From NCBI RefSeq assembly GCF_036321535.1, contig NC_087445.1:14570001-14634000 (forward strand): a stretch of DNA of 64,000 nt. Direction: 5' to 3'. The position numbers and the translations under genes were made by a program. Below the pieces are notes generated by a model that saw only the letters and a program-made list of their open reading frames with translations, was not told the origin of the DNA and made no database searches. Positions 47,812 through 58,861 of this stretch are shown here, piece after piece. This DNA comes from Camelus dromedarius. Its lineage: Eukaryota. Position 1 is the first letter of the stretch; each line of letters begins with the position of its first letter.

Positions 47812-47843
<32 letters not shown>
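47803..47843. repeat. (TTA)n microsatellite abutting the LTR
   Basis: ttattattactattattattattattattattattattatta. Confidence 0.9.
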
Positions 47844-47846
<3 letters not shown>

Positions 47847-47851
47847 TAGTG

Positions 47852-48375
47852 TGTGATAAGACCAGATCAGGAGATGACTTCCACTGAAAAGATGATTTGT
47901 GTTACCCACAGACCCCAAGAGATGAGGGCACACCATGCCACTGGGGCCGCACAGGGAAGGACACAGACTACACAGGAGACAGAGGGAGCAGGGACACACG
48001 GGCAAGAGCCTTTATTGTGGTTTCCCCAGGAAGGGATGGGCGAGGCAGGGTAAGAAGGCTAAAAATGGACGAATTTGAGTAATTTCAGCAGGCTCTGGGG
48101 CACAGCGGCTGTCCCTAGCTGTCTGGTACCTGGCCTTGCGGTAATTAGGGCAAAGGACTGTTAGCCCTAAGTGTGAGAGGCCATAGAGAAGGTGGTTTGG
48201 GGAGTGGGCTCTGGATTGGTTGGTTTATATTGGTTGGTGAGTAAACAGCTCAAGGATGAGTTGTTGACTATCTCTAGAAATTGGTTAGCCCCGGGAGGGG
48301 CATTCAGTCCATGTTCAGCAAGGCCCCAGATATTAAAGAGTCAAAATATGAAAATTAAAAGACATGTTTAATACA
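47852..48375 (-). mobile_element. MER77/MER21-group solo LTR
   Basis: tgtgataagaccagatcaggag...ggcaagagcctttattgtgg...gcaaggccccagat...gacatgtttaataca; TG..CA ends, AATAAA on the minus strand at 48011-48016. Confidence 0.8.
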
Positions 48376-48796
48376 GTATAGCATCTGGCAAACAAGATGT
48401 TGGTGAATTTTATGTGTCACCTTTAGAGTTTCTCAGTTTCAAATCTGTTACTGTGCTATGAGAATACATGGCAAATGTATTTTTTCTGTGCATCGCTCAA
48501 GAGTTCTGGAGCAAAGCAAGACTCACTGGGTACAATTGCGATATGTCATTGGCTAAAGTGTTCATTTCTTCATTTTCTTTCACAACCACTTCCTAGAAAA
48601 CTCTCGGCAGGAACTAAGTTGTCTCTGAATTCAGTTGGACAAGTAGTGTGGAAAGACACTAAAACACATCATGCTTGAGTTTTTTGCTTGTTTTTCTTGT
48701 ATCCAGGCTGTTGTGGTAAATGACCACCCCGTGAAGAAAAAGTTGTGCAAACAGCACAAGGGAGTTAAAAGCCTGGAAAGAACTGATAAAGTTGGT

Positions 48797-48830
48797 GGAG
48801 GAGGGTATAGCTCAAGTGGTAGAGTGCATG
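48797..48830 (+). mobile_element. Vic-1-type SINE 5' fragment only (A-box half)
   Basis: ggaggagggtatagctcaagtggtagagtgcatg, then unrelated sequence. Confidence 0.7.
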
Positions 48831-48908
48831 AAGGCCATCGTAGGACAAAGCTTTGTCACATAACAAGTGGAGAAAGCCTTTCTTTGCCACCACAACACCC
48901 TCAGTTTA

Positions 48909-49130
48909 CAGTGGACCCTTGAACAACACGAGTTTGAACTGCACAGGTCCACTTATACGTAGGTTGTTTTTTTCCTGTAGTAATTATTACATTACTCCAC
49001 CATCCGAGGTCAGTTGAATCTGTGGATGTGGACCCATAGTACGGAGGAACCAGACTATAAATTATACTTGGACTTTTGACTACATGGAGGTGCAGGGTCC
49101 CTTACCCCCTTGTTGTTCAAAGGTCAACTG
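48909..49130 (-). mobile_element. MER8/Tigger2-type TcMar MITE
   Basis: Terminal inverted repeats cagtggacccttgaacaac / gttgttcaaaggtcaactg, flanked by TA at 48907-48908 and 49131-49132. Confidence 0.88.
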
Positions 49131-49928
49131 TATTTTCTACAACTGAAGAAGGCCCTCAAGGATTCTAACTTCTGGCTGTGCTAGGAGCTGACTCAAAGTC
49201 TGAGTCACAGAAAGTTCAGGAACGACCCAGTATTCTAGATAAGAGCCACTTGGGGGGCATGGGGAAAAATGATGATCAGATTAGTAGGAGTTATTATAGT
49301 GGAAGTGAGCACGAAAGTTATCAGTTTTCTTCCCAGAAGCTTATAGTTCTTTACATTTTGCTTGAAACAGTATCCTTCCTACCTTGTGTTTTGTTTAATT
49401 ACAGGGAGATTCATTTTAATGGTTTTATGTATTAATAACAAATGCTTTTAAAGCTTAATTGTCTGAAATTATGTATTCATTTCACACAAACCAAAACCTA
49501 TAAAATAACACAAAAAGATATTGAGAATGTTTCTGAAGACAATCATTGTATAGCATCAGGCTCTGGAATCTTAGCCCAGTTCAGTGCCCACTGAGAATAC
49601 CGCACTTGTGGATTGTTATTACTGAAATGAGCACGTTCAGTACTTGATGAAGCTGGAATACCTAACTTCTAAGCCTACTGTTGCAATGCACATATTAAAA
49701 TCAGTCACGTTATATCAAATCAACACACTTTTTTTGATTTGCATATGTCACATACCCGATAGATGCAAAGCAAGTTGCTCAGGTGTTCTGATTGTTTAAG
49801 AAAGATAAACTTTTGAGACTTGACGAATGCAGTTTAAGAAATATAAAACAATGACTGTCACTCATCTTTGACCCTCAAAAGATGATGAAGTCAGGCATTT
49901 GACTTCCCATTCTAGTTGTACATTCTTT

Positions 49929-50171
49929 TTTTTCTTCATTTTTTTAAATTGAAGTATAGTTGATTTACAATGTTGTATTTGTTTCAGGTGTACAGCAGAG
50001 TGATTCAGTTATACGTATACATACATATTCTTTTTCAGATTCTTTTCCATTATAGGTTATTACAAGATATTGAATATAGTTCCCTGTGCTACACAGTAGG
50101 TCATTGTTGTTTATCTATTTTATATACAGTAGTGTGTATCTGTTAATCCCAAACTCCTAATTGACCCCTTC
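49929..50171 (-). mobile_element. Young L1 3' fragment with 17-bp TSD
   Basis: Perfect TSD ctagttgtacattcttt at 49912-49928 and 50172-50188. Confidence 0.92.
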
Positions 50172-50489
50172 CTAGTTGTACATTCTTTAGAATCTAATGC
50201 AGCTCAGGGCCAGAAGAGCAGCATTTGTTCAGCCAGTTTCCTTTAGAACATCAGCATTCCCAGAGTTCCTACACCTCCAGTGGGACATTCCTGATGTCAT
50301 GCTTTGGGCTTCCACAATGAAGAATGCAGAGACCCTGCCTCAGGTTTCTCCCCACCATGCGTCCACCATGCACAGCCACACCGCTCTGCTCCCAGAGCCC
50401 GCCATGTTGCTTTTGTCTGATGTTGATGTTGGGTGAGTGCCCAGCATGCTGGCTGTGTTGGGGGTCCAGCACCCAACAAGGGTAGGAGA

Positions 50490-50700
50490 CTCAGTCTCAG
50501 ACAGTGCTTAAGACTTTAAGACAAGACTCTCTGGGTTCAAACCCTGGACCCTTCATTCACTGACGTGGAATCTTGAGCAAGAGTGTTGGTTTTTCAAAGC
50601 CTCACTTTATTCATTTGTTGAAGAGGTCTAGTAATAGAATTGTAAAAACTAAATGGATTAGTCACACGATAAGTGCTTAAGAAATGTTAGCTGTTAAATG
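50490..50700 (+). mobile_element. MIR
   Basis: ctgggttcaaaccctgg...gtggaatcttgagcaag...aagtgcttaagaaatgttagct. Confidence 0.65.
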
Positions 50701-51254
50701 AGATGATGAATGTGCAGTAGTTGGCATGTAGTAGGCAGAGGTACCCTGATTCTCTCTTCCATAGCTCCCATGGTTTTTGGCATCTTGTAGCAGATTTAAT
50801 TCACTGTATTTGAATCAGTGTCTCCCACAGGATGGTCAAATCTTTGAGGGCTGGAAGTACACAGGACACACGCTTGCATTGCCAATGTATATAAGTATAT
50901 AAATAATGCTGAATGTGTTGAGTTGGGAAGACTACTTTGAGGCTGATGCACTTTCATTCAAAGGGATCACACACCAGCTATTCCTCCCTCGGTCCCACCT
51001 CATCTCAGAACATGCCTGCGTACCTCCGCTTACTTATCCACTGCTGAAAGTAAAGCTTCATCCTGTCGGATTAACAGTAGAGACTAAAGGCAAAATAAAG
51101 TCCAGAGCAGTGAAAGGATGCATCCTCAGTCTCAGGCCTGACAGAGGAAGATGGGACCCCAACGTCCACGCAGTTCTCTGGTCCAGATTGCAACTACCTC
51201 ACCTGAGGTGATGTCGAATGTTCTCACCCTGTCCGTGTCCCAGTATGCTGGGCG

Positions 51255-51347
51255 TACAGTGACCAAGACTCTCTGATTTAGCACAAAAAATCCCAAGACC
51301 TGGGAAAATTCTCGGTCCCTAGCAAACTGGGACAGTTGGTCACCCTA
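51255..51347. mobile_element. MER94-like (hAT-Blackjack) short palindromic MITE
   Basis: gtgaccaa...caaactgggacagttggtcacccta. Confidence 0.7.
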
Positions 51348-54300
51348 TCAGGCCTCTGAGTGGGAATAGCATTTGGAATTTAGAAGCTGGGAAGAGATCA
51401 CCCTGGCTGGCCCAGTGAGGAAGGCCAGCACATTCGTCTGTCCACAGGGCTTGCCTTAAGGCTCCCTTTGGGAACTGCTGATCAGCCGCAGCCTAGGAAC
51501 CCAGGGAAAGTCAGGATTTCACTTGGTCTCCAACCAGGAGGGGGAGGCTGGAGCACCACCCAACACAGACGTGACAAATGATCCATTTCTCATGTAAATG
51601 CAACAGCTGAGGGTGACTTGAACTCAAGCAAGTTCACAGTGGGCGGAAAAGTGGCCAAATGGTGCTGGTAATTGCAAAATGGCCCAGGCCTTAATTGAAT
51701 AAGCAGGCTGCTGTTGGCCCTGTCAGGCTGGGAGTCAGCTGACAGCATGGAGCTAATCAGGATTATCATTAGAAAGCACAAATAGCCAGCACTGTTTTGT
51801 TGGCCTTTCACTAAAAACAAAAGCAGACTCAGAGAAGGCTGTTAGCCGTGCAGTAGCGGGCCAATAAAGAGCTGATGAGTGAGGAGGAGGAGAGAGGTTG
51901 GCGAGGCGAGGAGGAAAGACAGGGGGCGCTTGTTCCCCGCAGTGCATCTGCTGACCCCTGTGTGACCTTGGTTCAGCACTGTCAGCTTTCTCTCCAGGGG
52001 TCCATTTCCTTACTTCTAACAATGCAAGTGATTAGATGGCACCCACCTTGCAGAGGTGCTGCCGGGAAACCCAGTGTTCTCACGGCTGTTCCGCTCCCAG
52101 ACTGCAGGGCACTTGGGCTATAGGTGCTCTTTCATCAAGTCAATGCTTCTAAGTAGGGGTCCACACGCCGGCTGTACCAGAATCTCCTGGAGCTGACACC
52201 CGGGCCTCACCACAGATACACCAAATCAGAATCACCGAGGTTAGTGCCCAGTACCAAGCATCCTCAGTCTGCATCTCCAACTTAAATGTGCATGTGAATC
52301 AGCTGACCGTGGTGCCAAGATGCAGATTCTGGTTTGCTGCACCTGAACTACAGCCTGATTCATTTTGCTCCTACGCAATGTTCATGCTACTGGTTCCCAG
52401 GCTGTACCAAGGGGGCAACACTCTAGATGACAGTGACTCTCACATTTGAGAATTACTAGTGTCAGCACATCCTCTCGTCTGCTTCTCTAGGATCGGGGGT
52501 TAGCTCAGTGAGGTGGGAAAGCGAAGCAAAGAAAAAATCTAAGGGTCAGTATTGGCCAGGAATATTCCTCAGAAGTTTGGTCCTGAATAATGATCAGTGA
52601 AAACAGACTTCTCTTCCTGGTCAGATGAGTTTACAGAATACTTCATCATCTCCACCCTTGAAGACTCATGAGGTACAATCACGGACTAAAGGTCTTAAGA
52701 AGTCATCCAGGGAAGAAACTGGTTCTGCTTTGTGCAGCCCACCCAACTGAACTGTGTCTGGCTGCTGGAATTGCTTTTCTTTTGTTGTCACTCGGACTCA
52801 TCTTACGGAGATTCTGGCCACTGGAACAAACTTTGGGCCACAGTGTTCTTCTTTCTGCTGTGTCTCTAGATTCTGGTTTTTCCCTCCCTGCCTCCACCCT
52901 GGCCCCAACCACACACACACGACTGCTGCATGGCGTGAGGAAGAGAGAAGACTGGGAAGATGAGAAGGAAGTGAAACTCCTCTCATGGGAGGGCATCACG
53001 GGAAAAAAAAGTAACAGCTCTGCTCTTCCTCACTCCTCAGCCTTCCCACATCACTGGAGGACTCCTGATCATTGAGTTTGTACCATGTGCAGGGCACACA
53101 AGCATTTTCAAGAAATAAACAATAGCTCCATTTCTTGAGTTCCAGGTGTTCCATTAAACTCCTTACATAGGTTATTTCATCTCTTCTCCACACTTGTTAC
53201 GTTCACTTCAAACACATGTGGGAGGCCACGTCTCACTTTGCAGACCGCGTTCCCCTCTGTCCCTCATTACTCTCGTTACTGCCAACTTGTCACACTGGAG
53301 CCTCCCCTCCTCCCCAACTTTGGAGTCAGCGCTTCTTGGCTAATGATTGAAGTTCACGCACCAAATGATTTCAGGCTTCAGCACCAAAACCACTGCTTTA
53401 AAAATGGGTACTTTAGGGCCAGGTGGAAGAAAAACAGTTTGAAGACCAAAGATTTGGAAAGCCTTATCTCATAAAGACCCAGCACGACCCATCTAAGCTC
53501 AAGCATATGATTACTTTGCATTCCCCTAAGAGGTGGCCAGGTCATGCCTGCACCTCCCTTGGAGACGCCTGAGTGAGAGCAGCAGCCAAGATTGGCCTGT
53601 AATGGTAAGACCAGGTCAGGACAGTGAAAAGAAACAGCCTCTTCCATGAGCCAGAGCTGCTCCCCCAAAATAGCCGGCAGTGAAGAGCCATTGTGGAGCT
53701 TTTGAAAGGACCTTTTCTTTTGAAACATCAGCTATGCAAAGGCCTCTGGGCTGCTTCTTGTCAGGCGGGTTCCTTGACTTCCTGCCAACTAGTTCAAACA
53801 CGGACACAGGCTTTGGAGAAGAAAGAGCTGCAGCCTGTGAACCTGGCGGTTTGGCCTTGACATTGCTGCTTCCACTCTCACGTTACCACATTCGTCATCT
53901 GACCCTGAGCACGGCGTCTACGGTATCCGGGCCTCAGCCTTCCGTGCGTGCGTGAGATCATGGAAGAGTCCCCCCAGCTCGACGGAGTCTGTAATCTTTG
54001 ACCTGGTGTGTTGCCAGCCTTGTTGTCTTGGGTCCAAGGTGACCTTTTCTTTTTGCTTAGCGAGGCCTTCATGAGCTGAAGCCCACCATGCCAGCAGAGC
54101 AGGTAGATCTGGCACAGAGACTAGCTGGAGGTTGCATTCATGGAACTTTGTCATTTTAGCTGGTGTGTGTGTGTCCAGCACAGCATCAGCTGGTGGTGGT
54201 TGTTCAGGGCAACCCAAAGGCCCGGAGCTGAGGGGGAGAGGCTGCCAGGGACCTTTTTAAGAACGTTGGCAGACATATTCTAAAGTGTCAGTTTGAAAAA

Positions 54301-54589
54301 TAGCAAAGAAATGTGGATGATTTTCAATGAACTGCATTGTGCTGGGTCAGTGGGACTGGGGCGAAAACAGCCACATCGGTCCTGTTTATTCATCTTTTGC
54401 TGATGTCCGGTGAGCCTTGGCTTCTGGTTTTACAGGACGGTAGATGGTTAGCTGGTTGGTTTGGGGTTTTTTGTTTGTTTGTTTGTTGTTTGTATGTTTT
54501 TTAAGTTGGGTCAGGGGTGAGATGCGATCTTCTGTATTTCAGGGCCTAAAATATAACCAGAGTTGGAGACAATGTCCGTGGGAAAATCA

Positions 54590-54835
54590 CAGCACATAAT
54601 ATTAAGTATTAAAAACAAGATTCAAAACCGTATTGGAAAATCACTCTAATCATATGTCTGTCTGTTAGTGTGTCTAATAGGATCGTCTAATGACAGATGA
54701 GAAAGGAAATACAACAAAGAGTGTCGAGTGATTCTCTCTTGGTGGAATTATGGGTGATGCTTCTTTTTTATATGTGCCTATTTGGGCTTTTCTATCACAA
54801 ACGTGCATCACTTTTATAGTAATCAGAAAAGGCAA
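54590..54835 (+). mobile_element. Ancient L1ME-type 3' fragment
   Basis: aaggaaatacaacaaagagtg...ggaattatgggtgatg...cacttttatagtaatcagaaaa. Confidence 0.55.
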
Positions 54836-56129
54836 ACATGCTTTAAAAGGCTTTACTAACAGAGACCAAAACTGCATGTGACAGGCAGCCTGTTGTGTGC
54901 CCAGGATCAAGGGCTCTGAGGGTGCTCTCTCCCACTTCTGGCCATGTCCTTGGTTCCCTTTCTTAGAGCTGTGTGAAAGAGATGCTGAGGGTAGCAGGCC
55001 AGCAGTGGTCCAGACCCCTTTGTGAATGTAGTTGGAAGGGGCTGGGCACAATCACATGGGCTAAACAATTACACTTTCCCTGGATGTGGGGTGGTCCTTC
55101 CTGGAGCTGGGAGTTAAGCAACTTTGTAAACACAGAGGTGATGTTGTCTTTAAAATAGGTACAGCTTTTTCATTTTGCAGCCCCTGTTTTAAGTGGGCAG
55201 ATCTGAAGCTCATGAATTCCATGGGTCACCCACATGTGAGACATGCAGCACCTTAGGGACGGGTTTGTCCAGGCACCTCGCTGCAGAGGGCGCTGTGATC
55301 CCGACTGAAGGTTTTGGTTGGAGTTCATCCCCTCCAGATTCCTCTACTTAACTAGATCTGAAGAGATTTCTGTTTGTTCTAACTTCAAGTTTCAAAAGAG
55401 AATAAAGGTGATTTGTTGACAAGAGATTTATCGATACCATGGAATGGTCTATGTACAGTTTATTAAACTTGAGTGTAAGTGTACGTATAATAACTGCAAA
55501 TAATTTTTAGCTGAAACTATGGTGTGGGTCTAGAGTTAACTCCAGTCCCTTCTTACTAAGGTATTAGCAAAACTCAAGACCAGAAGTGACTAAGAAAGTT
55601 GTTTCTGTCCTGGTCTCAGGTTCTTATTTCATCATTTTTCTTCTCAGAGAGGACCATTCTCTTCTCCTGGCCCCAGGGACCCAGGCTTTGTCCTCGTTTA
55701 CATCACCCTGTATCTCTGGATTGGTCATTCTTTTGTATAGAGGTTAATATTGTTTAGCTACTTGATTTAAATTTTAAATTACAGAATCTTAAACTATTAG
55801 TATATTTCAATAAGTCATTATTTCTGCTCCAATTTGCTATTACATACCTCTGTCTAATTCTTACATGTCAGATTATCTTCCAGTTCAGCAGATACACCCA
55901 ATATGGCAGACTAAGAAAGCCTGAACTTCCCAGTCACACTCTGCCTTCTTTCTTTACCTTTGCTGAGTGGGAATGGTTTATGGACTGCTTCTGATTTTGA
56001 TTGGAAGAAAGTGATTTCTAGACCATTCAATAAATATTTGTTACCTGCTGACCATGTGCTAGAAATCAGGGTCCCTACTTTCAAAGAATTCGTTGGAAGT
56101 TTCCTTCCTACCCTGTCATTATTTCAGCA

Positions 56130-56365
56130 TCCCCCAAAGTATTTTTCCCAGAATCTACTAGTTTTAAGGGATGTCAAAGGTATTATGTGAGAAGGGGGTT
56201 CCGTGGCCAAATAACTGTGGGAAACAGTGAGTTAATCAAGCTACTCTGGTTTCTTTAATATCCTAACATGCTTGCTAATTCTCCAAGCAAGATACAGAAC
56301 ATACAGATATATTTGATCAGGGAATTCTCTCTCTCCAGAGCATTTTGTGGGTCTAAGGCTTTGAA
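56130..56365. mobile_element. Old hAT-Charlie MITE (MER112/113-like; family uncertain)
   Basis: gagaagggggttccgtggccaaataactgtgggaaacag. Confidence 0.45.
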
Positions 56366-56589
56366 ATTCCTCTGGGAAATACTAACTACACAGTCTTATA
56401 CTATCTACCTTCTGCACTCTAAAGCCAGCCCTCTTCTGGCTGCTGAGGGTCTGTAAATAAGCATTTATTGAAAATTTACTATATGTCAGTCACTGTGGTG
56501 AGCACCAGAGTGCCAAATAAGATACATCTCCATTCTTGAAGAACTCATGGTTTTAAAGCACCATGCCCTTCAACCCAACTTAATTAGAG

Positions 56590-57198
56590 CTGCCCTGTCC
56601 AACACAGCAGCCTCTGGCCACTTGTGGCCATTTAAATTTAGTTTCTTTTTTAAAAATTGAAGTATTGTTGATTTTCAATGTTGTGCTAGTTTCTGATGTA
56701 CAGGATAGCAGTTCAGTTATACTTATACAGTTATTGAATATAGGTCCCTGTGCTATATAGTAAGACTTTGTTGTTTATATATTCAGTACATTGTAGTTTG
56801 TTATCTGCTAATCCCAGACTCCCAGTTAATCCCTCCCCACCCCTTTCCCCCCTGGTAACCATAAGTTTGTTTTCTATGTCTGTTAGTCTGTTTCTGTTGT
56901 GTAAATAAGTTCATTTATGTCATTTTTTTAGATTCCACATAAAAGTGATATATGATATTTATCTATCTCTGTCTGACTTACTTCACTTAGTATGATAATC
57001 TCTGGGTCCATCCGTGTTGCTACAAATGGCATTATTTCATTCTTTTTTATGGCTGAGTAGGATTCCATTATATATAAAAATGAGTTTCTTAATCTTATTA
57101 GCCACATTTCACGTGCTTAAAAGCCACATGTGTCTGGTAGATATTGTGTCGAGTGAACATTTCCATCATCTTGAAGTGTTCTGTCAGACACTGCTGAC
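56590..57198 (-). mobile_element. MER3 (hAT-Charlie) split by L1
   Basis: ctgccctgtccaacacagcagcctctggccacttgtggccatttaaat...tagccacatttcacgtgcttaaaagccacatgtg...gaacatttccatcatc...cagacactgctg. Confidence 0.82.
56648..57077 (-). mobile_element. Young L1 3' fragment nested in MER3
   Basis: Antisense L1 3' text; degenerate TSD aaatttagtttctt (56634) / aaatgagtttctt (57078). Confidence 0.88.
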
Positions 57199-58861
57199 TT
57201 AGAGGTTCTAGCCTCAAGACTTACTTCCTACAATATTCTATTAATACCCTGTCCCACCATGCCTGGCTGACAGATGTGCTCACAGTTGTCCCCACACTGC
57301 CTCAATGAGGCATTGCCATTTCGCTCTTTGGGCCTCTATCATGGTCCACTTCTCTTTGTGAGACCACTTCTCTCCCAGTTTGCAGAAGAAGAGCAGATGA
57401 AACTCAAAACCATCTGCTCAGTGTTTCTCCCTAGGTCTCCTGTTGGAATCTCCATCTCAGGGAGCTGCTCAGTTCCTCAGGAGTGCTCGTAAATAACACA
57501 TCGTAATTACGTGTTCCTGTGTCTGCATTTTTGGAAACTGCTGCAGAATGTCAATCACAGCTGGGATGAATTCATCTTCCTGAGCATCTGTATCAAGTGT
57601 GAATAGTCCGTGTGGCTTGATGCCCACTTATAAGCCTGCCAGATTTGCTCCGCTGTGTGTGGTCTAGACTAGTTCAAATTTCCCGGCAGATAAGGGTAGA
57701 TTATTTGTCAAATGAGTAATAGCTTGGAATTTGAGTGCAGGAAGGTTTTACTTATTGAAATCTAGCAATATATCTTCTCTCACCACTCACCAGTGTCAGC
57801 ACAATAAAAGCGTGAGGATAAGGTTATAGGCATCCTTATCCTAGGGACGTGCTTGATCACCGTGTGGTCTTAGGGATACCTCTTACTATGAAATAATTTT
57901 ACAGATAAGGGTCAGTCAGCTAAGCCACCAACAGCGGCAGTTAGACCATAATGTAGTACTAGAACATAGTACTAATCAGTCTGAGTTTCATGATGTTAGT
58001 GCATAGTCCTACTATGTTGTGAATCTGAGTGTAACTGAACCAGTCATTTAAAATAAAGGCATACAGGTAGATCTGGATGAAGAAAGAAAGATGCCAACTA
58101 CTCCAAAAGGGAATTTCCTGAAGTTCCCTGAATGGGCCATGTCCTCTCACCTCCAGGACATAAGTACCTGCAAAGCCCTTGGCCTCCATGTCTCCTGGTC
58201 CTGCTCATCCTACAAGTCTCGGCTGAATTTCTCCTTCCTCAGAGACAATGCTCCTCCACTCTCTACTGTGTTGGGTCCCTGCCCACTGCTCCCAGAGCTC
58301 CCCAACTCCAAAAGAAGCAACCACCAGAGAAGCCATAGTATCTTTAAGGACTAGTGTCACAAGTGACAAACCACCCCTTCCACCATTTTCCATTTGTCCA
58401 GCCCACATTGAAGGGGAGGGGAATTAAGCTCTCTCTCTCTTCAGAAAAGAAGGATAGCTAAGAATCTTTGGACATATTTTTAAACAGCCATAGGGACCAA
58501 CATTTTTTTAACTGGTGGTGCTGGTCTTGGGCCCTTGCATTGAGTTCCGTTTCTTCTCTCATTTCCCACATCCCACATCCCAGACTGCTCAGATCCGCAG
58601 TCTCCCCAACATGTTCTTCCTCTGGAAATCACCTGCCTCTGTGAAAATGCCCATGACCTCAGCGTGGTCACTTCCTCCACACCCTCCTGGCCAAGCTCCT
58701 TGAAGAGGGCCATCTAGCCAATGGTCTTTACTTTCTCACTTCCCTTTCGGTTCATTCCAGAAACCTGCTCTTTCTCCAGAAGTAGAACATTGAAACCCTG
58801 GCTCACTTACTTTTGAAACAGGGAAGAAACAATGAATCATATAATTCACTGATCATTCATG

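Noticed and set aside
52495-52512. gggggttagctcagtg, resembling a pol III A box
   Set aside because: Only 16 nt, with no B box or tail, so chance cannot be excluded.
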